This document shows, in pieces, positions 17,302-26,620 of a stretch of 64,000 bases of DNA (the first letter of the stretch is position 1; the number at the start of each line of letters is the position of its first letter). The notes beneath the pieces were generated by a model, which saw only the letters and a list, made by a program, of their open reading frames with translations, was not told the DNA's origin and did not search any database. This stretch comes from Peptococcaceae bacterium. GTDB taxonomy: Bacteria; Bacillota; UBA994. The DNA lies in the NCBI GenBank assembly GCA_018334055.1, contig JAGXSS010000040.1, positions 13,407-77,406 on the forward strand, in the 5' to 3' direction. A program made the position numbers and the translations under genes.

Positions 17302-18789
17302 CTAGCGGATTATTTTAATGTGTTCGGCGGTGGGGTCTTCCGTGCCATAAATTTGGGCATCAGCTTTGCGCAACATGCGCACGTAATCAATTATGTCTTG
17401 GGTCAATATCTCTCCCGGGCAGATGAGCGGAATTCCTGGCGGGTAAGCCATGAGCATTTCAGCCACGATTTTTCCCTTGGCCTGCTCTAGGGGAACGCGT
17501 TTGCTCTCCGCATAGAAGGCCTCGCGCGGGAGGTAGGCTAGGGCGGGTAGGGGAGGGAGTTCTATAGGACTCTCCCGCACGTCTTGAACCGTGTATTTGC
17601 GTGCTATCTCCGAAAGGGCGTGGACGAGGGCGCGTACAGTCTCCTTGGTGTCGGCAATGGAGACCACGCAGAGTACATTGTAGAGATCAGATAGATCCAC
17701 CTGTATATGAAACCCTTGGCGCAGAATGCGTTCAATCTCAAAGCCCGAAACGCCCAGTGAGCGCACATTGATGCATAGCTTGGTGGGGTCGTAGTCATGA
17801 CAGCCCAGTTGCCCTACTAAGTCATTGCCGTAGACATAGAGCCCCGGGATAGTGTTGTTAATTTCATACCGCGCCCAGTTGGCGATGTTAATAGCATGGG
17901 TCAGCATCTCATCGCCGCGAAAAAACGCCTGTTTACGGGCCACGTCAATTGAAGCCAAGAGAGGGTACGAAGGGCTCGTTGTCTGCGCGAGGTTAAGTGT
18001 TGTTTTTGTGTAATCATGGTCGACAAAGTCACCTCGGGTCAAAAGGACGCTGCTCTGGGTCATTGAGCCGAGTAATTTGTGCGTGCTAAGCGCTGCCATA
18101 TCGGCCCCAGCCGCCATAGCGGAAATAGGCAGCCCTGGATTGAAACTGAGATGGGCTCCGTGTGCCTCGTCAACTAACACAGGTATCTCGTAATCTTCGG
18201 CTATTTCCACAATGCGTTCAAGCTCCGGGGCCATGCCATAGAAGGTGGTATTGATGAGGAAGATGGCCTTAGACTCGGGGTGCTGGCGCAGCGACTGCCT
18301 GACCTCGTCGGCGGTGATGGCCATGGCAATGCCGAGGTAGTTATCGACATAGGGCTGAATGTATACCGGCTCGGCACCGGTGAGGATGAGCGCCGAAACA
18401 ACCGATTTGTGGACATTGCGCGGCACGACGACTTTATCTCCGGGCTTTAGCGTAGCCATCATCATGCAGTGAATGCCCGCGGTAGTCCCGTTACTCAAAA
18501 AATGAGCATATTCTGCGCCAAAGGCCTCGGCCGCGAGTTCCTGTGCTTCACTAATCGGCCCGAGTGGCTTGTAAATGCTATCTAGGTCAGGCATGATGGT
18601 GAGATCAATGTTCATGATGTTCTTCCCTACAAAGCGGGTAAACTCGGGTAAGCCCTTGCCGTGTTTGTGGCCCGGCACATGAAAAGAAAGCGTGCCTTCT
18701 CGCACATAGTTGCGCAGGGCATCAAAGATAGGCGTTCGGCTCTGCCTGCGTTCAAGTGCCATGCGGGCTTGGTCTTTTCGATTGTTCAA
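17302..18789 (-). CDS. Orn/Lys/Arg decarboxylase (fold type I PLP)
   Basis: FHVPGHK, NGTT, RNVHKS, DEAHGAH, STHK (PLP Lys), TTSPSY, YPPGIP. Confidence 0.92.
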   Translation of the reverse strand: MNNRKDQARMALERRQSRTPIFDALRNYVREGTLSFHVPGHKHGKGLPEFTRFVGKNIMNIDLTIMPDLDSIYKPLGPISEAQELAAEAFGAEYAHFLSNGTTAGIHCMMMATLKPGDKVVVPRNVHKSVVSALILTGAEPVYIQPYVDNYLGIAMAITADEVRQSLRQHPESKAIFLINTTFYGMAPELERIVEIAEDYEIPVLVDEAHGAHLSFNPGLPISAMAAGADMAALSTHKLLGSMTQSSVLLTRGDFVDHDYTKTTLNLAQTTSPSYPLLASIDVARKQAFFRGDEMLTHAINIANWARYEINNTIPGLYVYGNDLVGQLGCHDYDPTKLCINVRSLGVSGFEIERILRQGFHIQVDLSDLYNVLCVVSIADTKETVRALVHALSEIARKYTVQDVRESPIELPPLPALAYLPREAFYAESKRVPLEQAKGKIVAEMLMAYPPGIPLICPGEILTQDIIDYVRMLRKADAQIYGTEDPTAEHIKIIR

Positions 18790-18953
18790 TGTGCCGCCTC
18801 CTACTCCCACCGCTAGCTCGACTTCTCAACTTGTTGTGAGTTCGGTGACTTTTGCGTATAACGTTATATTAAACTCATGGGGGACATTCTTCAATAGTTC
18901 TGGCACATACGGGACAGGAAATTTTCCAGAGGTCAAGTGAAGGAGGACTCAAG

Positions 18954-21428
18954 GTGGCAGTAAAACTTCTTTCTCCCGAGGAATATCTAGGATTCCCCGT
19001 TGGCGCTGACCGGTGTCTCGCGAATTGGGAACAAATTGCGGAGTATGCGAGGCTAGCTGCCACCAACAGCCCGAGAATTAGTGCTAATACACTGGGGGTG
19101 ACCACTGAAGGACGCCCATTTATCGCGCTGACCATTACATCTCCTGCCAACCACGAGCGACTAGCAGAAATAAGGGATATACAAAAGAGGCTGGCTAACC
19201 CGCGTGGGCGGAGCGCGGAGGAACTGGCTCGGCTGGTAGAAGCGGGAAAGACAGTCGTCCTCGTGACTTGCGGCATCCATGCCACCGAGGTGGGCGCGTC
19301 GCAGATGAGCATGCAACTGATTTACGAACTGGCGACCAGTGATACCCCCGAGACGCAGGAGATTCTTTGTAATACTGTTCTTCTCCTGGTGCCCTCTCTA
19401 AACCCTGATGGGCTCGATATGGTGGTCAGTTGGTACGAAAAAACTATTGGCACGCCTTACGAGGGCACGGCACCGCCTTTCTTGTACCACAAGTACGCGG
19501 GTCATGACAATAATCGTGACTGGTTTATGTTTACCCAACAGGAGACGCGTCTAGCTGTCGAAAAACTTCATAACTATTGGTGCCCACATATTGTCCTTGA
19601 TCAACACCAACAGAATTCGGACGGACCGCGCTTGGTGTTGCCCCCTTTTATCGACCCCTACGACCCAAATGTCGATCCAATCATCAGGCAGGGCGTGGCC
19701 TGGCTTGGCCAGGCTATAGCTATGGAGTTGACCGCGCAAGGGAAGACCGGAGTTATGACCAATGCCATTTACGATGCTTGGTCCCCAAGCCGGGCCTACC
19801 AGCACTATCATGGTGGAGTGCGCATTCTCTCTGAGGCGGCCAGCGTGCGTATCGCCACCCCGATCAACATAGACAGCAAAGATTTACAGGCCGGGAGGGG
19901 TCAAGACCCGAGGATTGCGAGCTGGAACCAACCCGAACCCTGGCCCGGGGGGCAATGGCGCCTGCAAGACATTATAGAGTATGACAAAATATGCGCCTGG
20001 GCTTGCCTGATGCACGCCGCAAAATATCGTCGCCAGTGGCTAAGAAATTTCTCGCTGGTGAGCAGGCGAGCGTTGTTAGTCAAGGATGGTGTTTACGGGT
20101 ACCTCATTCCTAAAGAACAAAGGGATGTCTTGGTCATGGTGGAACTGTTGGGGATTCTGATGTTTGCGGGCGTAGAGGTGCATGAGGCTCAAGGTGTCTT
20201 TACTGCCGACGGCATGGACTACGTTTCCGGCACTTTCGTCATCTTGTTGCACCAACCCTACGGTGCTTTTGCCAAGACGATGCTGGAAAAACAGCTTTAC
20301 CCGGAGCTACGCCTCTACCCTGGTGGTCCACCTAAGCGTCCCTATGATACAACCGCCCATAGCCTGCCCATGCAAATGGGCGTAACAGCCGTGGAGGTCA
20401 GAGCACCCTTTACAGCAGAGCTCCTCGAATTGACCAAGACCCCCTCTTTCTCTCGTCCAACCTTAAGTACGACTGATGACTCCTGGCTCTACATTCGCCC
20501 GGAAGCCAACCGCAGCTTCACAGCTTTTTTGAAGTTATGTGGGGCGGGTTTTGACGTCTACAGACTGCACCGGGCGAGAGATGGTGCCAGTCTGCCGCCC
20601 GGCACATTCTTGGTCAAAGCCTGTGCTACAGCATGTGCTTTGGTTATGGATTTGAGCGTGAAATATGGTCTGAAGGTAGGTGTGCTCGATGACCTCGACC
20701 AAGCGGCCATGGGGAGAGTCAAAGCGCCTAGGGTGGGAATCTATCAGAGCAGTGTGCCCAACCCGGATGAAGGTTGGTTGAGATTTGTGCTTGAGGAGCA
20801 TGGATTTCCATATGTATCCTTAAGCGATCGGGATATTAGGCGAGGGAATTTGTCGGCTGGCTACGATGTATTGGTTTTGCCCTCTGCGGAGCCTAATGTC
20901 ATGCTCGACGGTCACCCTCCGGGAACCTACCCGTCAGACTACACGGGGGGCTTAGGGGCAAGCGGGGCATCGGCCTTGAGAACCTTTGTCGATGAGGGCG
21001 GCACTCTCTTGGCCATAGATAAAGCCAGTGAATGGGCGATTCGCGAACTAAGTCTGCCGGTGAGCAATGTGGTTTCCGCCTGGCCCGAGACAGAGTTCTT
21101 TGTCCCCGGCTCCTTCTTGCGCGTGGTCATGGACACGAACCATCCTTTAGGATACGGCATGCCGCGGGAAACGGCAGTAGTTTTCTCTCATAGCCCTGCG
21201 TTTAGTACGGATGGCCAAGGTAGGGTGGTCGGGAAGTACCCGGTGGTTAATCCCCTGCTGTCCGGATGGATTTTGGGCGCCGAAAGGCTGTACGGGCGTG
21301 GAGCCTTGGTTCTGTGTGGCTATGGTGCGGGCAAGGTGGTGCTGGTCGGTTTTAGGCCATATTTCAGAGCCCAGGCGCGCGGGACATACAAGGTGCTCTT
21401 TAACGCTCTGCTTTATGCGACCAGCTAA
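18954..21428 (+). CDS. M14 zinc carboxypeptidase with C-terminal GATase-like domain
   Basis: IHATE (HxxE), NPDG, GHDNNRDW, LDQHQ; no signal peptide seen. Confidence 0.88.
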   Translation: MAVKLLSPEEYLGFPVGADRCLANWEQIAEYARLAATNSPRISANTLGVTTEGRPFIALTITSPANHERLAEIRDIQKRLANPRGRSAEELARLVEAGKTVVLVTCGIHATEVGASQMSMQLIYELATSDTPETQEILCNTVLLLVPSLNPDGLDMVVSWYEKTIGTPYEGTAPPFLYHKYAGHDNNRDWFMFTQQETRLAVEKLHNYWCPHIVLDQHQQNSDGPRLVLPPFIDPYDPNVDPIIRQGVAWLGQAIAMELTAQGKTGVMTNAIYDAWSPSRAYQHYHGGVRILSEAASVRIATPINIDSKDLQAGRGQDPRIASWNQPEPWPGGQWRLQDIIEYDKICAWACLMHAAKYRRQWLRNFSLVSRRALLVKDGVYGYLIPKEQRDVLVMVELLGILMFAGVEVHEAQGVFTADGMDYVSGTFVILLHQPYGAFAKTMLEKQLYPELRLYPGGPPKRPYDTTAHSLPMQMGVTAVEVRAPFTAELLELTKTPSFSRPTLSTTDDSWLYIRPEANRSFTAFLKLCGAGFDVYRLHRARDGASLPPGTFLVKACATACALVMDLSVKYGLKVGVLDDLDQAAMGRVKAPRVGIYQSSVPNPDEGWLRFVLEEHGFPYVSLSDRDIRRGNLSAGYDVLVLPSAEPNVMLDGHPPGTYPSDYTGGLGASGASALRTFVDEGGTLLAIDKASEWAIRELSLPVSNVVSAWPETEFFVPGSFLRVVMDTNHPLGYGMPRETAVVFSHSPAFSTDGQGRVVGKYPVVNPLLSGWILGAERLYGRGALVLCGYGAGKVVLVGFRPYFRAQARGTYKVLFNALLYATS

Positions 21429-22773
21429 TAATTTCGTCGCGGATGGAGGCAAATAGTATGTCGTCCTGCCCCTTAAGGAGGATCACTGAACCTTCTACCA
21501 CGTGGGCTTGCAACAAGGCAACGATTTCCTTGGGAGTGGCTGCCGTAGTGGCGTTTGGCAACTGTCGCGCCAACTTTTGTACTAATGGGCCAATCAAGAA
21601 TACTTGTTTTACGTCTAATGATAACAGGAGCAGAAGGAGTTCTTCATAATAGTGCAGAGTGAGCCCGCCTAGCTCTTGCATGTCCCCAATAACGGCCACT
21701 TTCTGCCTTGGGGCAATGGGGAGTGCGGTCAATGCTTGTAGCGCAGCGGCCAGGCTTAGGGGGTTAGAATTATAGCCATCATCTAGGAGGACTATATTCC
21801 CAAGGTGCATGGGGCGGAGGCGTTGCGTTGCGGGAGTAAACTGACTTAGGCGCGGAGACATCTCGGCGAGGGTAAAGCCGAAGTATAGACCTACAGCGAG
21901 GGCGGCGAGGGCGTTGTGCACTTGGAAATGTCCGTGGCAGGGCAAGGAAAAGTGGGTTTTCTGGCCGCCATAGCGAACTGAGAAGGTTAGGCCAGTCATA
22001 GCTTGTGCGAAGTTGTCCGCAACGAGTTCATTGTCGGCACCGTGTCCATAGTAAATAGTTTTTCCCGGATGTCTGCCCCCTAGCTCGCGGCACTCTCTGT
22101 CGTCTCCGTTGAGGATGGCTATGCCGCTGGATGCTATGGTTGGTAGTAGCGTCCCCTTTTCCCGGGCAATATTTTTTTGGGTGCCGTACTTGCCGATATG
22201 GCTCACCCCGATGTTGGTGATGACGCCGACATCGGGCCTGACGAGCTCGGCCGCTTTGGCTAGCGTGCCCGGCTCGCCCATGCCTATTTCGACAACGGCG
22301 AAGGCGTCATCGGCACAGAGTTTCCGCACCGTCAGGGGAACCCCGAGGAGGCCATTGTAATTGCGATAAGTCTTCAGGGTATTTGTGTAGCGTTGCCGCA
22401 GTAGAAAAGCGATCATGTCTTTACAGGTGGTCTTACCCGAACTGCCGGTCACAGCGATTATTTTGGCCGGGGAATTTAACCTAAACAAGTTTGCCAAGCG
22501 GTAAAGCTCCGCGATAGGGTCCTTAACGCAAATGAGGGTGATGTCCTGCCTGGCGAGTAACTCGGCAGGAAAGCTTGGCGCAACAAAAATTCGGCAGCCC
22601 CGCGCGAGGGCGCAGGCCAAACTATCGGCTCTTGCTAAATAAGTGCCTTCGAGGTGGAGGAAGAGACTGGTAGAACAGGCTTCGGCGCACGCTACCGCGA
22701 TTTTAGAAAACTCAGCACTCCTACATCCATGGATGTGTTCTTGTTCGTAACAGGCATTCACGAGGTAGCTCAT
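21400..22773 (-). CDS. MurF-like Mur ligase (divergent)
   Basis: AVTGSSGKTT, N..GVP, EIGM, TNIG.SH, LNGDD, DDGYNSNP, GDMQELG. Confidence 0.82.
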   Translation of the reverse strand: MSYLVNACYEQEHIHGCRSAEFSKIAVACAEACSTSLFLHLEGTYLARADSLACALARGCRIFVAPSFPAELLARQDITLICVKDPIAELYRLANLFRLNSPAKIIAVTGSSGKTTCKDMIAFLLRQRYTNTLKTYRNYNGLLGVPLTVRKLCADDAFAVVEIGMGEPGTLAKAAELVRPDVGVITNIGVSHIGKYGTQKNIAREKGTLLPTIASSGIAILNGDDRECRELGGRHPGKTIYYGHGADNELVADNFAQAMTGLTFSVRYGGQKTHFSLPCHGHFQVHNALAALAVGLYFGFTLAEMSPRLSQFTPATQRLRPMHLGNIVLLDDGYNSNPLSLAAALQALTALPIAPRQKVAVIGDMQELGGLTLHYYEELLLLLLSLDVKQVFLIGPLVQKLARQLPNATTAATPKEIVALLQAHVVEGSVILLKGQDDILFASIRDEIISWSHKAER

Positions 22774-22896
22774 AGTGTCCGTACTCCCATCTTGTGCGGA
22801 TATCGTAGTCTTAGTTACATTTTAAACACATATCATTTGCGAGGGAAGGCATCCTCTGATATTCTTAGAGCAGACGTAGAGCGGAGGGCAAAGAAA

Positions 22897-23271
22897 ATGG
22901 ATTATCGCAAAATTAAAGTGCAAGCAGTCATATTAAATGGGCAATATGTTCTCATGACGAGAATCCCCGGCGGTGTTTGGACACTTCCGGGTGGAGAGGT
23001 TGAAGAGGGTGAAACCCCCGATACCGCCCTCGAGCGTGTGGTCAATGAGGCTACCGGTTGTGCAATTAGAGTGACCAAGCACCTCACCCGTGAAAAAATA
23101 AACGAGGAGGACTGCCGATTGCGGCTGACCTTCTTAGCGGAGGGGTTGTCTAAGCAGTACGATCCCAAAGGGCATGGAGGACCGCTGCAGGTGGATTGGC
23201 GAAGTCTTCGTTCCCCAGAACTGAAGGAGCTAATTTACGATAAGCATCTAGCCGGCAAAGAGCGAGTATAA
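22897..23271 (+). CDS. NUDIX domain protein with degenerate Nudix box
   Basis: [27 protein letters not shown]; RBS GGAGG before ATG 22897. Confidence 0.75.
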   Translation: MDYRKIKVQAVILNGQYVLMTRIPGGVWTLPGGEVEEGETPDTALERVVNEATGCAIRVTKHLTREKINEEDCRLRLTFLAEGLSKQYDPKGHGGPLQVDWRSLRSPELKELIYDKHLAGKERV

Positions 23272-23287
23272 GAAGGGGGGCATTGTA

Positions 23288-24466
23288 TTGTCAGAGAAAT
23301 TGCAGTTTACCGTGGATGTCATCGGCGACTTAAAAGCCAGCGGTTTGTACAATGACATCAAGGTCATAGGCAGCGCCCAAGGTGCTTGGATCGAGATAGA
23401 AGGCAGTAAGGTCCTCAATATGTGTTCCAACAACTACCTAGGGCTCGCCAACGACCCTAGGCTGCGTGAGGCGGCGAAGGACGCCATCGACACTTTTGGT
23501 GTCGGCCCCGCGGCAGTGCGCAGCATCGCCGGCACCACAGTCCTGCACGAGTCGCTTGATAAGCAGGTGGCTCGGTTTAAACGAGTAGAGGCGGCTTTGA
23601 CCCTGCAATCTGGGTTTATGGCGAATGTGGCCGTCATACCGGCCTTGGTAGGCAAGGGAGACACCATTGTTTCCGATGAGTTAAATCACGCCAGCATCAT
23701 TGACGGGTCGCGCTTAAGTCGGGCGGAGATTAAACCCTACAAGCATGCTGATCTCGCATCCTTAGAAGAGGTGTTAAGAGATGTAGAAGGCGGGCGTATT
23801 CTGGTCATCACCGACGGCGTCTTCAGTATGGATGGTGATATCGCCCCGCTACCTCAGATTGTCGACATAGCGAAACGCTTCGGCGCCATGACCATGGTCG
23901 ACGACGCCCATGGCGAAGGTGTACTCGGCGACAATGGCCGCGGTATAGTCGACCATTTCCATTTGCATGGCAAGGTGGATGTAGAGGTGGGCACATTTTC
24001 GAAGGCCATTGGGACCATCGGCGGTTTTGCCGCCGGCAGCGCCAGCCTAATCAGCTATCTTAAACAAAAGGCTCGACCATTCCTGTTTAGCTCGGCCCTG
24101 ACTCCGGCTGATGTCGCTTCTACGGCTAAAGCCATCGATATTTTGACGGCGAGCGGGGATCTCGTAACTAGGTTGTGGGATAATGCCGGTTACTTTAAGC
24201 AGGGCATGCGGCAGCTTGGGTTTAACATCGGCATCAGTCAAACCCCCATCACTCCTGTCATGCTAGGAGATGTGCAGCTCGCCACACAATTTAGTCGCCT
24301 GCTCTTCCAAAAAGGCATCTTTGCCACGAAAATTGGTTTCCCTACGGTTCCTCAAGGCAAGGCGCGCATCCGCGTGATGATCTCCGCTACCCATAGCCGG
24401 GAAGACCTCGACTTCGCCCTCGCTCAATTTGCTCTGGTGGGTCGCGACCTCGCCGTAATCTCTTGA
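23288..24466 (+). CDS. kbl: Glycine C-acetyltransferase (Kbl/BioF family)
   Basis: NNYLGLA, SVRSIAG-like [39 protein letters not shown]. Confidence 0.85.
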   Translation: MSEKLQFTVDVIGDLKASGLYNDIKVIGSAQGAWIEIEGSKVLNMCSNNYLGLANDPRLREAAKDAIDTFGVGPAAVRSIAGTTVLHESLDKQVARFKRVEAALTLQSGFMANVAVIPALVGKGDTIVSDELNHASIIDGSRLSRAEIKPYKHADLASLEEVLRDVEGGRILVITDGVFSMDGDIAPLPQIVDIAKRFGAMTMVDDAHGEGVLGDNGRGIVDHFHLHGKVDVEVGTFSKAIGTIGGFAAGSASLISYLKQKARPFLFSSALTPADVASTAKAIDILTASGDLVTRLWDNAGYFKQGMRQLGFNIGISQTPITPVMLGDVQLATQFSRLLFQKGIFATKIGFPTVPQGKARIRVMISATHSREDLDFALAQFALVGRDLAVIS

Positions 24467-24484
24467 CTACTGAGGAGGCTTCGC

Positions 24485-25456
24485 TTGAAAAAAACATATG
24501 TAAAGGACCTCGCGGTGGGAATGCAGGTAAGAAGCCATTTTTTCGTAGTGGATAGGCGTCTTATCAACTACACCCGTGGTGGTGCTCCTGCCTGTGGGTT
24601 GGTTTTATCGCTCGCTGACAAGACCGGTAGGGCCCAAGCCGTGGCGTGGAACGAAGCCCTTGTCGCCGACAGCACGTACCGCAAAGATGATGTGGTGCTG
24701 GTGACGGGAAAGGTGCAAGACTACAAGGGTGAGAAACAAATTTATATTGAAGATATCGCTAAGGCCTGCCCTAGCGAGGTCAATGCGGAAGATTTTTGTG
24801 CCCCACCACCTCGCCCCATCGCCGGCATGTGGCAAGAGCTCGAGGCTCATATGGCCACTATTAGTAACCACTTTCTAAAAAAGCTATTAGAGACATGTTT
24901 CGCCGAGCCGGGGCAGCAATATGCATTTTGTCAGGCTCCAGCCGGGCGAGAAGTGCATCATGCTTATGTGGGGGGCTTGTTGCACCACACGTTAGAGGTG
25001 GTTCAATACGCTTTGCGGATGGTCGAGGTTCAGGGGACTTATCTTAACCGCGACCTACTATTGGCGGGGGCAGTCCTGCACGACATCTCCAAGGTAGAGG
25101 AGTATGAGCCGAGGGCGTTTGCCTTTGAGTTTACGGACCGTGGCCGGCTGCTTGGGCACGTGGTTCTAGGTGCAGAGAAAGTAGGGCGTCTTGCCGATGG
25201 TATCCCCGGATTTCCTCGCTTGTTGCGCGATGAGCTCCAGCACATGATTCTCAGCCACCATGGTCACCGGGAGTGGGGTTCGCCCGAGGAGCCCAAGACG
25301 GTTAATGCCGTGGCCCTTCATCTTGCCGACCTCACCAGTGGGAAGATTAATCAGGTGGAGAAGATCATTGCCGAAACAATCTCGTTAGGTGAGCGCTGGT
25401 CAGCGTGGGACAAACGCTTAGAGAGCTCTATTTTAGTTGCGAATTTAGGAGGTTAG
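24485..25456 (+). CDS. yhaM: OB-fold/HD 3'-5' exoribonuclease YhaM/Cbf1 family
   Basis: L.DKTG OB fold; HHAY.GGLL.HT, LHDISK, GHVVLG, H.ILSHHG..EWGSP. Confidence 0.88.
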   Translation: MKKTYVKDLAVGMQVRSHFFVVDRRLINYTRGGAPACGLVLSLADKTGRAQAVAWNEALVADSTYRKDDVVLVTGKVQDYKGEKQIYIEDIAKACPSEVNAEDFCAPPPRPIAGMWQELEAHMATISNHFLKKLLETCFAEPGQQYAFCQAPAGREVHHAYVGGLLHHTLEVVQYALRMVEVQGTYLNRDLLLAGAVLHDISKVEEYEPRAFAFEFTDRGRLLGHVVLGAEKVGRLADGIPGFPRLLRDELQHMILSHHGHREWGSPEEPKTVNAVALHLADLTSGKINQVEKIIAETISLGERWSAWDKRLESSILVANLGG

Positions 25457-25460
25457 TATC

Positions 25461-25874
25461 TTGAAGCGCTATTTAGCAATCCTATTGGTTGTGCTGGTCG
25501 GTGTCTCCGTATGGTTCTTAACTAGACCCACTGTGCCGGCGATTATCTCTGCCGAGCCGTACACAGAGTTTCACGCCGCTGTTGAGCGCGGGCGCCCCAT
25601 CTTCATCATGTTCACCAAGAAGGGTTGCCGGGCTTGTTTGGCGATGTATCCTCTGGTGGAAGAGCTCATCGCCCAATATCAGGACAGGGTGGCGATGATT
25701 GTCGCTGACCTAGCTGATGAGCAAACAATCGAGCTCGCTCGCAATTTTGAGTTTCGGGCGGTGCCGCATTTCATCATGATCGGCAGACAGGGTGAAACAA
25801 CAACACTGACTGGGCACGTAGCGAAGGAAGAGCTGCAATCCATGATTGAGGCAGGGCTAGTGTGGCAACCCTAG
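25461..25874 (+). CDS. Membrane-anchored thioredoxin-family protein
   Basis: N-terminal hydrophobic anchor, CRAC (CxxC), cis-Pro AVP. Confidence 0.82.
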   Translation: MKRYLAILLVVLVGVSVWFLTRPTVPAIISAEPYTEFHAAVERGRPIFIMFTKKGCRACLAMYPLVEELIAQYQDRVAMIVADLADEQTIELARNFEFRAVPHFIMIGRQGETTTLTGHVAKEELQSMIEAGLVWQP

Positions 25875-26539
25875 GTATTTTGCAAAATATGTTAATCGGC
25901 TCTTGGCCCCTGGCGGTGATAGCTTCTTTCGCCGCCGGTATCCTCACTAGTTTTTCCCCATGTGTCATGGCCATGACACCTTTAATGCTCGGCTATGTGG
26001 GTGCTTGGGGTGGGCATGACAAGTGGCGGAACCTTCTTCTCGTGTTATCCTTGGTCGCTGGCCTAGCGGGGGCATTTGCCATCTTAGGGCTAGTTGCGGC
26101 TTTTATTGGGGGGATATTTGGCCATTTCTCAACCACAGTCCCCTTGTTATTAGCAGCGGTATTGGTCGTCATGGGCCTAAGCCTCATGAAATTGGTGCAC
26201 TTACCGACCTGTGGCTTGAGCAAGTGGCCGCTTAAAATCGGCGGTAAGCGAGGGGCATTTTTGACTGGGCTCATGTTCGGTGTGGCGGCGTCGCCTTGCG
26301 CGACCGGATTTGTCGCCGTGATTATGAGCCTGGCCGCTGTTTCAGGGCAGCCCTTAGTGGGGGCCTCGTTGCTCTTCGCCTACGGGCTTGGTCACGGCGC
26401 ACCCTTGGTGGTGGTGGGCCTAGCGGCTGGGACCCTTAAGTCTTGGAGGCGTTTCAGCCAGTACTGGGATTACTTTTCCTTTGTTGCCGGCTTGCTTATA
26501 CTCGCCGTCGGTGTGTACCTCTTCGCCACCTGGCTTTAG
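25862..26539 (+). CDS. ccdA: CcdA/DsbD transmembrane thiol reductase
   Basis: FSPCV and ASPCA catalytic Cys motifs, six TMs. Confidence 0.88.
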   Translation: MATLGILQNMLIGSWPLAVIASFAAGILTSFSPCVMAMTPLMLGYVGAWGGHDKWRNLLLVLSLVAGLAGAFAILGLVAAFIGGIFGHFSTTVPLLLAAVLVVMGLSLMKLVHLPTCGLSKWPLKIGGKRGAFLTGLMFGVAASPCATGFVAVIMSLAAVSGQPLVGASLLFAYGLGHGAPLVVVGLAAGTLKSWRRFSQYWDYFSFVAGLLILAVGVYLFATWL

Positions 26540-26553
26540 AAACAAGCTTTTCT

Positions 26554-26580
26554 ACCTGTGAGTTTCTCACAGGTTTTTTT
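26554..26580 (+). terminator. Intrinsic terminator after ccdA
   Basis: ACCTGTGAG-TTT-CTCACAGGT + T run. Confidence 0.8.
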
Positions 26581-26595
26581 GCTTTGCATACTATG
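26569..26595 (+). promoter_or_regulatory. Putative SigK-type promoter
   Basis: AC-N16-CATACTATG upstream of CotSA-like gene. Confidence 0.35.
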
Positions 26596-26620
26596 ATAAA
26601 AAGCAAGGGGGTAATGAACT

